64,000 nt of DNA from Chrysomallon squamiferum (GCA_012295275.1 CM022665.1:8246001-8310000), one strand, 5' to 3'. Positions 1-14,222 are shown, counted from the first letter of the stretch. Notes: generated by a model not told the origin, from the sequence alone. Program-made: numbers and translations.

Positions 1-2100
1 TAAGTAAATTTTGCTGTATCAGCATGTCATTTATTTATTGTTTAAGACATTTTAGATCATTTTCATAAATAAGCTATTATTTATTTAAATCCTTGGCATT
101 GCAATAGAGATAAAATAACATTTTAACATAAAAATGGCTGAAATCTTTTTTCTTTTTTTTCATACATTGTAAAATAATTTTAAGATTTTTATACTAGTGT
201 TCAATTTATTTCAGGAGCTGAAAGTTATTTCACTAGATTATGTTAGAGAGAAAAAAAATGTTAGTGGTTTTTATAAGCATGTACGCTTGTTTGAATTAGT
301 GTAACTGAAGATTGTTAGTATTGCATATTTGAATGGATCAAGGTTCACATATCATGTTTGTTTATAAGTCAGTAACAAACACATTGATATAAATATTGTA
401 CATTAAAAACTCATCAAAACAATTTATGTGCAAAACATTTTACAAATTTTCTTCAGATAATAAATTCATATTGTGTATGCAAAATATCTAGATGACTTAA
501 CAAGGTTTTTATCCATTTCATTTTTTTTTAATAGAAATAATGTATCTCACTTTTTGTTTTGTGTTACATATTTATTCAGTTAATACTGATATTAATTTTG
601 ACTTACTGGCTACCCTAGAAACAAATCATTAATTTAACTCACATCAGACATAATTACCAGATAACAATCTCTTGATTTCAGCTTTTTCCCACAGTAAAAT
701 GTGTTTTATTGCAACTCTTGGCTTATCAGAATTTAATGTGAAGTGGTAGTGGTCATATTTTCCAGAAGCGAAAAAAAAGAAGAAAAAAAAAAAAAGATAA
801 TAAATAAATATAAAAAATTATTTATAAATATGAATATTGTGAAATACATTTGTACATATTGCATTATAAAGTGATTGCTGTAAAATTAAATTGTTTATTT
901 GTTCTTATGGTAAATGATTTTCATTTCACAATAACATTTTGGGTTGTTTACATTATTTTATGTTTTTTGTTTTTATTAATAGTTAAACAGATTTTTTTGA
1001 TCTGTTGGTTATATATATTAGATATTACTCCATCACTGTCACTTAAATGTCAAGTAAAAAATTAATGGTTTGGTTGTTATATTTATTACTGTAATATTTT
1101 AGTAAATATTGTCATTAACTTCTGGCTTAATGTGAAAAAATTGAAATATTGTGAACCAAAATCAAAATGAAGACAGTTTATTAGAGTATTGTTTGTCAGC
1201 AGTGCTGTAGCAAAGGTGTGGTAAGTGCCCTGGGCACCATTGATCTCTTTTTATTAAACTTGACTGGTATTTTGTAGCCGATTTTATGGTGAAATTATCT
1301 GGAAGATGGGTGATGTTTGGACAGGGGCACAAGTTTCCCCTCTGTGTATATACGTGCACACACCTGTTTACCATTTTCATTCATCTTGAAGGCATGCAGT
1401 TTTTTAATGCTTTATTTAATTTATTTTTGAAATTCTGTTATGTAGGATATTCAGGATTTCATTTATTTGTTATAGAATGGAAGAAGGAGAGAAGATAATT
1501 ATAATAAACAAACAATCAAATATATACTTTATCAGTATTTTATTTGCAGGAAACTATTAAATGAAAATGTGAGAGTTTTCTCACTGATTTTAGTTTTATT
1601 ATATCATTTATTGATTATTAAAACAGAAATAAAACAAATAGTTATGATATTAAAACGATTTTCTTGAATTAACAAATTCCTTTTATTTTTGATTTAGTAA
1701 CTAAGCCAGAGTGCCAAATTTTTTCAGTTTAGTACAAATGTATTTGCAAAAACCAATAAATGTACAACTATGCCTTGTGCTTTTTTCTGTCTTTTACTTT
1801 CAGCTTTTTTTCATTTTTTATACATTTCATTGGTTGTGGTAATTGATATTCAATTATAATCAAACAACCCCACCAACATTTAAAAACCGTAAGTTTGATA
1901 ACCTGTACAGACATTTCAAATGTTTTACAAATTTATTGTCTAGTGTAGCTAATATTCTGTAATCTTTGTTGTAATTATTATTTTATCAAAAGTTTATTCT
2001 TTGTATATTTAGTTCTTCAGATATGTGTATGTGCTAAATAATACATGTTACAGTGTGCATTAAACGGACAACTGTTACTAACATGTCAGTGTTTGTGATT
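1..2100 (+). other. Probable 3' UTR of an upstream plus-strand gene
   Basis: T/TGTA-rich and CpG-depleted, no splice-flanked ORFs, AATAAA at 1755 and ATTAAA at 2059 followed by a GT-rich tract. Inference. Confidence 0.3.
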
Positions 2101-2732
2101 TGTTTCTTACATATTGAATGATTTATCTTAAAAATCAAATAGAAATTATTTTGTGTTTTTCATATATCCATTATTATAATTATTTCATTATTTTTTCATT
2201 ATTATAATTATTTTATTAATCATATATGGCACTACACCATACTTTGGGAATGGCATTACAGCAAGAATACTGGGTCACTAATATTCAGAAGATCTTAAAT
2301 GGATAATATTTCAGGTTGTTATGGAAATGTATGCTGAAATTCAAACAAACAAACAAACAACAATCATAAGGGAGATAATAAAATGATTGTGAAATAGACA
2401 TCTGCGTTGTCGGAGAGTTTGTCATTTAAGAATAATAGTGTAAATGTTTAAAAATCGGGCAGGCTATTCCATATGATTCATTCATTCACTAGACTGAATA
2501 AAAGTAAGCACATAACATCTCGATAAAAAGAAAGAAAAAAAAAGTCATGTAAAACTGAAACTGTATAGAAATCCAGTGGAAATTATAACTGCAAAAGCAT
2601 GGAACAAATTTGTTAATTGAATGGGTATAGACTATAGTAGTATTTAAAAATCTAACGCATTTTTCGCTGTGTATAAAACTCCTTAATCCAACTAAATCCC
2701 AATTTTAATGAAATAAAATACCTAGAAACTCT

Positions 2733-2844
2733 TTCCGGTTCCGGAGGAGAAAAAAGAAAAAGAAGAAGAAAAAATAAGCATTAAAGGAAGAAAAATGTGT
2801 TATTCAGGGTTTCAGATCAACAGTTCATTGTAACTTTTGTAAGT
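2733..2844 (+). promoter_or_regulatory. Candidate promoter and non-coding first exon of dispanin paralogue 1
   Basis: Tandem ETS-type cores TTCCGG-TTCCGG at 2733-2744 in a locally CpG-containing stretch, and a donor GTAAGT at 2839 that could splice to the acceptor at 4120. Inference only. Confidence 0.35.
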
Positions 2845-4164
2845 GATTTATTCGTCACTTGATTACAACAAAATATCATGTGCGGAATTTTAGTTGGAAA
2901 ACGGTGAAAAATGTTCTGTTTACAAAGATTACACTAAGTTTAATGTAGAAGAAAGAAAGAAAAAAAAAAACGCACGTGTATAATGTATTCTTAGATTCTA
3001 TAGCTTATTATTATATTAACTATACTGTACATTTGTAGGCGACTTTTTCATAATTAAAATACATATCATGTTTGTTGCTGTTGTAACTTAGCTTAGAACT
3101 GTCGTTGCATGCGGATTACTTTATCTGTTAGAACAACAATAATAATAATTATATATTTATACAAATTACTTACACTTACATTTGCTAATTTGAATCATAA
3201 AACCAAAAGAATACTCATTTAGTCATTATAATGAAACTCATGCATAATATTAAAACATCATGTTATAAATAAATTAGGGGAAACCTTTGAAGAAAATAAG
3301 ACAAAGTTTTAAAAGAATGTCCTTTTTGCAAATGGCACCTGATAAAATAACTCTTATCTTAACAGTAACTAGTAATATAATATTCTTCTAAATGAAGCAT
3401 ATCATGACCGTGCTTTAACAAGTTTTAAATGTGTATTGTGTTTATTAATTATAAATTAAGTATGTATTGAAGTTCTTGAAAAAAATATATTAACAGAAAT
3501 GATAAGAAATGCTCTATACAAAGTGAATGATAAAAATGGATTCAAACAGATATAATTTTAATTTTGCATACTACACTAGATGCATCTTTTGAAAACTCTA
3601 AATCTAAAATGTAATCTTAAAATAATAATAATTTCAAAAAAATAATTTAAAAACAAGAAAAATGGGGGTGTTATTTAAAAAATAAGTCAGATATTTTGAT
3701 GAAAAGGCAACAAATGACTTGCAGAGGGACATCTTTGATTGGTTGTATAACTGATCATATATATTAGATTATTTATCACCTATAAGTGATTAATATTGTT
3801 AAAGGTTAGCATAATAATATTTTATTCTCTGAACTCAGTTTGATAAATTGTGTTTAATTGAACAAATATATGCATTAATTTTTGGATGCAAATCATTCTG
3901 CAGTGATGATCAAAAGAGATTAAAATTAGAAAATTCATGTAAAACAGTATAAAATATAAGGAAGTAAATAAAGTTGCATACAAAATATTTAAAATTTCAT
4001 TTAAAATACTTCATGTTGCCTGTTCCTCGTAAGTTTTGTATAGTTGTAGTGTTATGATGTTTAGACGTTTAATGTATGTTTAATACTAATAATAACATGA
4101 TAATTTATTATCCTTCACAGGTTTATACCTAATTTAGATACTGAATTACTAAAGAAATTTTGCC

Positions 4165-4683
4165 ATGTCTCATGAAGATTCAACTCAGCAAGAACGCCAG
4201 CCTCTGCACAAGGATGGTTTTGAGGGTGATACTCACCTGGATGTTAATGGTCAACAGGAGCAAGCTGAAGCTGATCCAGTGTCTGTGTCACTGATTCAGC
4301 ATGGAAATGTTCCAGACAGAAATGGTTTGTCTTACACATCTGAACCAATATTTCAAGATGTCATGGAAAGTCCATATAAGGATACCACAGAGTCAGATCC
4401 AAATCTTAGACAGGTGTTGTCATCAGATCTACTCCCTCGACCATGGCAGAACTTTCAGCAAGTGTTGGTAGTGTCATACATCAGCTGTGTGTTCTTCATC
4501 ATCACAGGAATATTTGCTGTCAAGTATACACAAAGGGCAATGATGCATCAGTCCAAGGGTTTGTTGGGCATGGCCCAGAAAGACATAAAACGAGCTGTTC
4601 GTTTAATCTATATAAGTTTCATAATTGGTCTTTTGTTGCTGATTATTGTTCCAATAATTATAGTGTGCAGCAATAAAAGTTGA
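4165..4683 (+). CDS. CD225/dispanin-family (IFITM/PRRT-like) membrane protein, paralogue 1, 172 aa, single coding exon
   Basis: Open ORF with good start context (gccATG) after a splice acceptor tccttcacAG at 4119-4120. Acidic low-complexity N-terminus, then the CD225 pattern: hydrophobic segment VLVVSYISCVFFIITGIFAVKY, amphipathic loop (..SKGLLGMAQKDIKRA..), second hydrophobic segment LIYISFIIGLLLLIIVPIIIVC. Family assigned by motif recognition only. Confidence 0.8.
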   Translation: MSHEDSTQQERQPLHKDGFEGDTHLDVNGQQEQAEADPVSVSLIQHGNVPDRNGLSYTSEPIFQDVMESPYKDTTESDPNLRQVLSSDLLPRPWQNFQQVLVVSYISCVFFIITGIFAVKYTQRAMMHQSKGLLGMAQKDIKRAVRLIYISFIIGLLLLIIVPIIIVCSNKS

Positions 4684-7600
4684 ATCACAAAATTGAATGT
4701 GTTTTAACATTCGCTGACTGACTGACAGTCTTGGTGCAGGTTTTTTTTTTTTAATTTCCTGGTGCAATTCTTCATGTTGGTTCTGTCCATATCTGATATT
4801 TTTATTTAAATAACATTGTATAGATATATAACTAAAACTTGTACTAACTGAATATTTTAAATACATCTTTTATGGTTTTATGAGCTTTTTAATTATGTAT
4901 GTAAAAAAAAGGATTTTTTGAATTTTAATAAATTGGATATTTTTGGATTTTAAATTTATGACAGACACAGAGACAAGCCGCAAAAAATGGCCAAAGATTA
5001 AACTGAATAGCTGCTGATTTTGATATTAACAAATATTAATTTTTAATAATAAAGCAGGCAACAGGTATTGTAGAATTTATCTGCATGGTGTTTTTAATAC
5101 AATAAAATTAATTAATTCCTTCCAGAAGGAAATGTGTATTGGTAGCCATATTTTACACCCACGTACACATACATATGCATTTAGTCTAAACATGATTATA
5201 GTTTATTGTGTTTGTATCACATTTACAATATTTGTAAGAAGAAAATACATTTAAAACTAACTTCTGTAACCACATTATATGATATTGTGCAAGATTTTAT
5301 ACTTTAAAGATTCTGAAGGAAAATGTAACAAATTGTTATAAATATACTTTTGTCATTTCATGAGATGTTACAGTTTTATTGCATTACATGAAAATACTTG
5401 CATTTCATGTGGTTAACCACATACATCTTACTACTGACTTGTATTTACCACTCAAAAAATGTATCTCACTAGTTTAATTATTGTTTTATATAGCTAATGA
5501 TTTACTGTCTTATATTTTTGTTGATTTAAATATTTGGTATTAAACATTTCATTTTCTTCATATTTTCAATTGTTTCATTTAATGTATAGTTCCATAGATA
5601 TGGAAGTTTCAAGAAATGTGAAATTCTTATGTTAGTTGTGTGGGTCTTTCTTATATATCATTTCAGATAGAAATTTTGCTTTATCTTGCTGTCATTGTTG
5701 TATATTAAAAATCCAATATAGAACATTCATATAGCCACAGAACATTCAGATTATGATGCAAATTAAACATATTGAGGAAATACAAAATCTCTAATATTTT
5801 ATGAAAATTGAAATGGATGTGTAGTCCTTTCAGTCAGCAATTAGAATTCAGTGCAGAGAAGCATCTGAGAATGTGATCTTTTCAGAGAATAATCTGACAA
5901 AGGATTTTGATTAGGAACAGTAATTTCAAGTTAATTTTTTTTTTTTAATTTTTTTTTTATGTTCACATGCTGTAATAGTTGTATATAAAAATTTACTGAT
6001 TTGCAAGGCAGCATTAGCATTAGTTTAAAAAACCCACATCTCTTCAAATCTTTACTTGTAGCATTACGCTTTTCAGTTCACTAACTTATCTATGAATCTT
6101 AGTTTTATCAGTTTGGAGTTGTGTAGATTTGTTTGGTGGAAGGTTATAAATATTATCTTCAGTATAATTGTTTTATTCCATGTAATTGGATGTACTCTTA
6201 CCTACATTAAATGATGTGTAAACACAACAAAAAGCTGTGGGTTTTGTTTTTACCATTAATTTATGTACATTCCATTCATGCATATAAGTTGATTAGGAGA
6301 TAAAGTTATGCATACTTTGTGTATGAAGATTAATTTTAAGTGTACTCCAAATATTAATTTTGGCACATTTTTAATGTATATTTTTATATTTACCTATATA
6401 AGTGGTACAGCTTAGTGAAAATTTTTATTTTTAATAAAAGAAGTGGGGCTTTTTTGCTTTTGTTCATTTTTATAAATGAAATCATGGATCTAATTATCTA
6501 TCTCATGTAAAGTGCATTTATTATTTAAGGCTAATTATTTTATAATGTTCTCTTTAAATAATATACCTTCATTATTAAAGGAAATTATAAAGCTTAATAA
6601 TCATTGTGTAATTTTTTTTATAAAAAAAGAAAAAATAGAAAGTAAAGGCTAGGGAACTTTTTGTACATGAAGTATATTTCCATATTTTATTACTTATTTA
6701 TTTTATTATGTTCACTTATGGGAAAACAAATAATCTTTTGTAAGCAAATACAATGTAGAGCATTCAGATTTGTAAACAATAGTAAAGGTTTTCTTTTTTA
6801 ACATAGAAAAAAATTAATTGTGTTTATATGATGTGTAAAATGATAGCTTGATAGGATATGGAAGAAAAAAGTAATGTAATTGTTAATTTTAACTGTTCTT
6901 TCTTGGTATACACAAGAATAAAAGTAAGACACATTTTATTGTCATCCTTTCATAAATTAAAATCAAAGAAATAGCAAATATTAAAACATTTTCTACTGTT
7001 TTTGTTTCAGTTTACAATAGTGTTTCTTAATAACATTCTTAATATATTGATTTATCATTTTTATATACTAATAATTGTCTTAGGTTCAGTGTTGTTAATA
7101 ATTTCATAAATATTGAAAAAATGATTATGAGAAGGTGAAATAGTGTGGCATTTTCATTATTATTATTATTATTAAGTTTTATTTGCTCACTGGCTTGTTG
7201 TTTTTAAAAGCTTATTTAAGAAAAGAGTAGAATTTTTAAATCATTGTCATGCTTAATGGATTTGGATGTTATTTTCTGTCAGATATATTTTAAAATAAAC
7301 CTGCTACTTAATCTAAACACATGTATAACAAAATGTTTTGTATTTGGAAAACATGTTATTATTGAAAATCTTTGGTGTTTATTTTTCCCACGTCTTCTGA
7401 CTGGTTTTTCTGTATGAATGCTATGGTTTGTGTTCATTTGTCCAATAAACTTATATTAAATTTAAAATGTATTGTTTTTGTTAAATTGTTTCTTGAAAAG
7501 AGACATTTCTTTTTAAATGTTTTCAACAGTGAAAAAAGTATTTTGAGATTATATTTTGCCATGTTAGAATGTATTAGAATATAATTTTATGCAGAATTGT

Positions 7601-7939
7601 GGGGATTTTAATTTTATTAATTTTATTTTCTTAAATATTTCATGGGTTTTGAATATTATCTGTAGTGTTTGGCATGCTTTAAAATCTGATTTCTAAAATT
7701 ATTTAAAAAATATATATATTTATATGTTGGTAGCATGGTGCCTGTATTAAGAGAAAAAATGGTGATCTGGCAATTTTGACAAATGATGGTGGGTTCATAA
7801 GAGTTTTATGTGAACTCTTTATATTTGCATTAGTAGCATGTGGAAGATGGGGGGGGGTCCAGTTACATGGATCCCCTCACCAGTTAAAGAACAATAACAA
7901 CAGCAAAATAATAATAACAATAATAATAGTAAATTAAAA

Positions 7940-8125
7940 AAGTTGATGTCCATAATTTATTTATTATGAAGCTGAATAGTGATGGTGAACTTGATGTGCC
8001 TGCAGTCCTTCAAGCATTCACAGCTAAAAATAATAATAAAAACAAATAAACTTGATGTCTACATTTATGTATTATGAAATTGCACAGTCATAATGAAGTT
8101 AATGTGCCTGCATTCTTTGAAGCAT
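7940..8125. repeat. Two diverged tandem copies of a ~110-bp unit
   Basis: ttgatgtc..atttat.tattatgaa..tg..agt.at..tgaa.tt.atgtgcctgca.tc.tt.aagcat occurs at ~7943-8017 and ~8052-8125. Confidence 0.75.
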
Positions 8126-9045
8126 AGACTTTGAAATTCAGGACACGAATAACGCATCACTCATGCTGCTTATATGTGAACGAAGGCAAGTAAGTGTATT
8201 AAGTAGCACTGATATTTGAAATAATTCACAGTATAGTCTCTCTCTTTCAGAGATATCCTGTAAAATTTATAAATTCAAATTATAAACATTTAGTGATTGT
8301 TTCGGACCCTCCTTTTGGGAGGAGCTAGTCAAATCGGTTTTGTCTTTTTAATTACAACTGTTTCGGCTAACATTTGTTTCTTCACTTTAATTTGAATCGA
8401 AGGAAGTACGTTTTTAAAGTATTTTTATTCATTTATTTTATTTTATATTTTTTATTTAATTAATTATTATTATTTTATTTTGTTTCTTACAATTCTACAT
8501 TATGTAGGTTTACACGTGCTTTTCCAAAGCCAGAGCGCGAGTGGTATTCCAAAATCAGTCTCAGTTATTTCCCTCCACCTTTTCCGCCAAGAGTTATCTT
8601 CTCGTACATGGCAGCAAATCGTCTTTGAGGTTGAAATCCGTTAATAAAAATATACGTTTCTGTGCACAATAGTGGAGGTCAAGTTTGTTTCCAATCGAAG
8701 AATTAGTATAGAAAAGAACGTTAGATAAGAAGAAACCCGATACCTCTATTACAGACTACAGACTCGAACTACTTCGAATGTTTGAATCGATCATAATCAT
8801 GACATAACGGTCAGCTGATTAACACGTGACAGATTCGACGTAAAACATTCATAAAATGTATCCTAGTTTTGTTTACTAGTAACAAAAGTATTTAATTAAT
8901 ACATGTATATATATTTTTTAGATGATTATTGGTGGATTCGAGTTACGGTTAAACAGTCGTTATATTCGTTGAAGAGAAAAACGGCCTAGGTCGACTAGGG
9001 AAAATCTGACATGGCATTCTGAAAACGCATTAGAAAATCTGGCAA

Positions 9046-9576
9046 ATGTCTTTTTCTGATGATACACGACCTGAAAATGCAGGTGTTTGCGAATCTGAAA
9101 TACAGATGCAACCAAGCACCGAAAGACAATCTGAACACGAGAAATTCCTAATAGTACAATCGCTTATCGAACACAAACCAGGAGAGGAAGAAACCGCTGT
9201 AAAAGAAACTGCATCGTTTGCCATCGACGATGGATTCAAAAATACGCAAGAAAACAAAAACCGTGAAGCAACAGTAACGATTCCTTACCTGGTGCGAAAA
9301 ACATCCTCAAGAAAATTAGTGCCCAGACCTTGGAAAAGCATAACACAACTAATAGTAGTTTCTTACGTCAGTGTCCTGTTTTGTGTGGTGACCGGTGTTT
9401 ACGCCAACCATTATGCGTGGGAAGCAAAACGGTATAAAGAGCTGGGACTTCTTAGTGAATCTAAGAAGTTTTCACACGCTTCAGCTTCTTGTATTTATGT
9501 TAGTTTTGTAATAGGAACCATTCTTTTAATTGTTATCCCTCCAGTTGTTTGTTGCGGTCTACTTGATTTGTGTTGA
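9046..9576 (+). CDS. CD225/dispanin-family membrane protein, paralogue 2, 176 aa, single coding exon
   Basis: Same architecture as 4165-4683 and alignable over the C-terminal ~85 aa (LVPRPWKSITQLIVVSYVSVLFCVVTGVYANHY vs LLPRPWQNFQQVLVVSYISCVFFIITGIFAVKY; IYVSFVIG vs IYISFIIG). An in-frame upstream TAG at 9031-9033 fixes the start. Confidence 0.8.
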   Translation: MSFSDDTRPENAGVCESEIQMQPSTERQSEHEKFLIVQSLIEHKPGEEETAVKETASFAIDDGFKNTQENKNREATVTIPYLVRKTSSRKLVPRPWKSITQLIVVSYVSVLFCVVTGVYANHYAWEAKRYKELGLLSESKKFSHASASCIYVSFVIGTILLIVIPPVVCCGLLDLC

Positions 9577-10266
9577 TCCATTGTCGAAATTTTTATTGCA
9601 AAGATAAACGTTTTGTTTATGGTTATTATCAGTTATTTTAAATTATTTTTTCATTACCCTAGTACAATAAAAGCTAGATATATATTATTGTGAAGCTTAA
9701 ATTAACATCTGGCCATGAATTTGAGCTAGGCTCGCAGCGGTTCACATATTTACCTGAGTTAATTTTAACAGTTTCAGAACACAGAAATTAAACGTTTTAG
9801 ATCGCAAAATCTATCTCAGGTGTACAAAATGGGCTATTTCTTATCTCAGATAGGATCTTGCAACTGTTTTATCACAAACAGCAGTACCTGATTTCCTGTC
9901 TGTTAGAAAATATATGTCAAATATATTTTGCTTTTATTCAACAAAGACTAGACAGTTGTATGTCATCATCGGGTTTCATTTCTCATTATCTGTATTAACT
10001 ATGACCCCTTCAGCAAGACGCTGTATAACCGTAGATTAAAAATGTGTTTGGTTTATTTTTGAATAAAATATATCTGTTGCTGTTGTTAAAAAAAAAAATA
10101 AAAATAAAATAATAATAATAACAATAACAATAACAATAAATAAATAAATAGAATTTTAGAAAAGAAAAATGAGATACACACTCTTCCTTTACATGCAGAT
10201 TTACACACTCATTGGAACATAAATTCACGTTTAGGATATTTGTGTACATATATGAATTTTACCATA

Positions 10267-10309
<43 letters not shown>

Positions 10310-11126
10310 TAAAATGGGATAAATAACAAATGAAAAAAATGAAACTGTGTCCTTTGTTATTCTCTTTGTTTCTTTAGTATAGAAGATTCTTAGGAATTAA
10401 AGGAATGTTGTGATAAAATATATTTGTTTGCTGTTATTTTTTATTTACTGTAGATCAACCACGTGTCGTCTTATGGGTATACTCATAAATTTGTGCTTAA
10501 CATGAAACGGAAATTTATATTAAACTATTAAACGACAAAATAAAATTTTATTATTATTATGCATTTTTGATACACTTATATATACCTATACAGAAATGTT
10601 TTCCTCTTCGAATGTTAAGACATTTGTTATAAATGCATTTCTTTTGGTATCAGATGTACTGACACTGTCGCGACTTACTGGAAGCAGTGACTTGCCATTT
10701 ATTTATATATTTATTGCTGTTGTCGTCGCCATCATCACATTGTTGGATATGACTAATTTCGAATTAAATCCCCCTTTCAAAACAAGGATAAATATACGAC
10801 GAAACTGTTTTTACTGTTTAGTGAATATGATGTAAAGTAAGTGTAAATAAACAAACGTCTGTTGTCGTATGTACAGTCAGTCAAGTATAAGAATATTACA
10901 CGTTATCCCTGACCCAAGGACTGACTACAGCCGAAGTTTACGAAGCAGCGGCTTATGGAATGTCGTAGAAGGTTTTTATTTCTATAAACAATCATTTAAT
11001 AATTCAGGGTATAATTCTTTATTTCAGTCTATCCTTATACGTTTATAATAAATTTATAAGGATGTCTCATAATACATATATTTATTTATTTATTTATTTA
11101 TTTATTTATTTTATTTTATGTTTTTT

Positions 11127-11166
<40 letters not shown>

Positions 11167-11224
11167 TTTTTTGCCCTCTCACTAACTCCGCTATTTCACG
11201 AGATATCACATCAGTTTTTGTGTT

Positions 11225-11298
11225 GTGACGTCACTAATCCTAAGTCTATTTTCGCAAAGACCATGGGTCCATTATATATGAATTTCTTGAAGGTAAGT
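11225..11298 (+). promoter_or_regulatory. CRE palindrome and candidate 5' UTR exon donor for the TSP1-TM gene
   Basis: GTGACGTCAC at 11225-11234 and a consensus donor AAG|GTAAGT at 11293. The acceptor tttcAG at 12795-12796, just upstream of the ATG at 12835, needs an upstream donor. Confidence 0.3.
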
Positions 11299-11619
11299 TC
11301 AACATAACATAAACTTATTCTTCCTCCAAGTTTTTATTTAATACTTAATATCATACTTTTTAATGATTAAATTTACAGAAAAAAAGAAAATCAGTGTAAA
11401 GGAAAAGTCATCATCTCCCGTTGAAGGAGAGCGTCACTCATTCGAACATTTCTAAATTCAGTATAGTCTAACAAATAATCTTCTTTTCTTTTTTTTTTCC
11501 CCTTTTAATTTTTGAACTATAACGTCAGTTGTACACCAAATCTTTTAATAAAGCAAAAAAAAAAAAAAAAAAAAAAAAATAAAAAAAAAAAAATAATAAT
11601 AATAAAAAAAAAAAAAAAA

Positions 11620-11653
<34 letters not shown>

Positions 11654-12162
11654 TAAAAAAAAAATAAATAAATAAATAAAAGAGATTTATACTGAGTAAA
11701 CGGTCAGACTTTAGGGAACCTATCTACGTCAATTGGCAATCAAACGATATTTTTATCATTATTAAATAACTCGGAGTAAATGAAAAGATGCCACTGTGTG
11801 GGATACAACAAAATCTGCAGAAATTTGTCCGGAGGACGGAGAAAAACATACTGACTACAACAAACGTATATTCTGACTGATGGAAGCACTTGTTCCCATT
11901 TCGTACGACCATGGCATTCAGCAATAATTTAGTTCAGAACTTCTCAATCTTTCTAAATGTTTGTACCCTTGAAATTCGAAACCTCAATTCAGTTATGAAT
12001 TTTGTGTAACAAGGGAACATGTCACGTACCGCCAACTAGTTGAAGTTTTTCTATAAGAATCGCTGTTAATCAAACTAGGAAATTACAGACAGAGTGACCA
12101 GTATTGTTTGTTTCCTCGTACAGAGCTAACAGAACGACTTGTAATACATCTTTATTTATTTA

Positions 12163-12204
<42 letters not shown>

Positions 12205-12834
12205 GTCACTACTACCACTAATGCTACTGTTACTAAATGTATGTGGATAAATACCGGATATATGTATTTTTTTATATATTGTCATAAGATGGAATAATAC
12301 TATCTGATTATTCAAAATATTTGTTTAGCCTAATTTTTGTTTATGATTTTTGCATGTATATACAAATAGATGTTAGTAACTAAATTCACCATCAGATAAT
12401 AGATGCATACACTAGAGATATGTAATACATATTAAAAGATAATCTTGACTGTCATATGACTGTTGTTTTCAACTGGAATTTTATTATTATTATTATACAG
12501 TACAATTTCTAAATTAATGTAATTTCGCATATTTCATGCATTTATCAGTCTAATCTAATGCAGAAATTATAAATTAATTTTTTAACTAAGATTCTGTAAA
12601 AAAAATTGTGTTACTAATTTAAAGAATGTTCTCCATTTTCTTTAATACTTCCATGTTTTTGTGTGTGCTGCGGACTTCATGTTAACACTAAACAGTAAGC
12701 ATCATCCAAATTATTTTTTTTTTTTTTTATAAAAATATATTCTGAAAACTATTTTAAAATTATTTTTGAGTAACAAATCTCTTTTCTTTATTTCAGACCT
12801 TTAATTGATAAAACGTGCTAACTGTCATACAGAC

Positions 12835-12913
12835 ATGAACAGTGTGAATTGGATATTCCAAGGATTTGTACTGAGCACTAGTTTTCTTGTTTCACCTTCC
12901 TATGCTAAAAACA
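12835..12913 (+). CDS. TSP1-TM gene exon 1: signal peptide
   Basis: MNSVNWIFQGFVLSTSFLVSPSYA-KN, SYA-type cleavage site, phase-1 donor GTATGA at 12914. Confidence 0.7.
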
Positions 12914-13138
12914 GTATGATTTATGTCTTCTTTTCCTGTTTGTAAAAATCTCCCCACCATATTTAAATATTGTTGGGTATTAAAACCACAGTTGGTCGAG
13001 TTACACTATCCCAGCAAACATAAGTTAGCAATTTTAACAGTTCTATCAAAATGAAACTATTTAGAGAAAGGAAATAAAAGAAAAAGTGCAGTGCTAAATG
13101 TTTTATAAACAGCCTTATTGTGTTCTTTATTATTATTG

Positions 13139-13192
<54 letters not shown>

Positions 13193-14182
13193 TTATTGTT
13201 GCTGTTGTTGCCAATTTAAATTTATTTATTTATTTATTTATTTACATTTCTGTTATATAAATCTACCCACTGTGGAACACTTATCTATCAGTTTAGCAAT
13301 ATTTATAAAACAAATAGTAAAATAAAATAAATATATATATATTAAATTCTAGAGGAAACCGAATGGGGTGAGTGGGAAAAGGTTTATGTTGGAACTTGCA
13401 CAGCTACATGTGGAAAAGGAACAAAACTGATAAAGTCTTACAGGCAGTGCAATATTCCTGAAAAGATACCTGGAGAAACCAGCTGCTTCGGCCCTTCGCA
13501 AAAAAATGACTATGCTTCTTGTCAAACAACGACCAAGTGTCCTGGTAATGAATAAATAAAGTTATTGTTATAATGTGTATAACAAGTTAAATAAATATAT
13601 AGCTTTTTGGAGGAGATACACTTCCAATATTTTATATAATATTTTGCGCTTACACATTTACAAACACACACATACACACACACACACACAAAACGACAAA
13701 GATAAACAAAAACATAGCTGTAATAATCACAATCAAAACTTAATTACATTCGATCAGGGCTTTTTCTGGATTATTTTGTCGATTTTTTAAACTGTGTTTT
13801 AGTAAATATTTATGGAGTTAGTAGTTTACTTGTTGAATAAAGATTTTATAAAGATTCAACGATAGCAAAAATTGATTTCCAATTAATGAAAAATTGCATC
13901 TTATTTTAGTCAAACTATTCCATATAGTTTGGTAATATTGCTTGTAATAACTGAATATATAGTTATTATTTTACTACAGAGAGAGAGAGAGAGAGAGACT
14001 TTCGTATTATTAATTTTTTTAAATGATGAAAATGTATTGCTTCCTAATTATAGTTTTACTTATTTTATTTATTTTATTTAACAGAAGCTGCTTCTTTATC
14101 ATCATCAAAGATTGTTTTAATAGTAACGGTTATTACAGTGTCAGTCATGGTAGCTGTAGCAGTCGTAATATTTATCAGGTGA

Positions 14183-14222
<40 letters not shown>

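Noticed and set aside
11263-11292. ATG-initiated frame MGPLYMNFLK ending at a perfect donor, as coding exon 1 of the TSP1 gene
   Set aside because: Splicing to 12797 gives ACC TTT AAT TGA, an immediate stop. At most a uORF.
13979-14025. Alternative acceptor tactacAG before (GA)n as exon 3 of the TSP1 gene
   Set aside because: It would encode only a microsatellite-derived peptide. The 14085 exon gives a coherent TM helix with matching phases.
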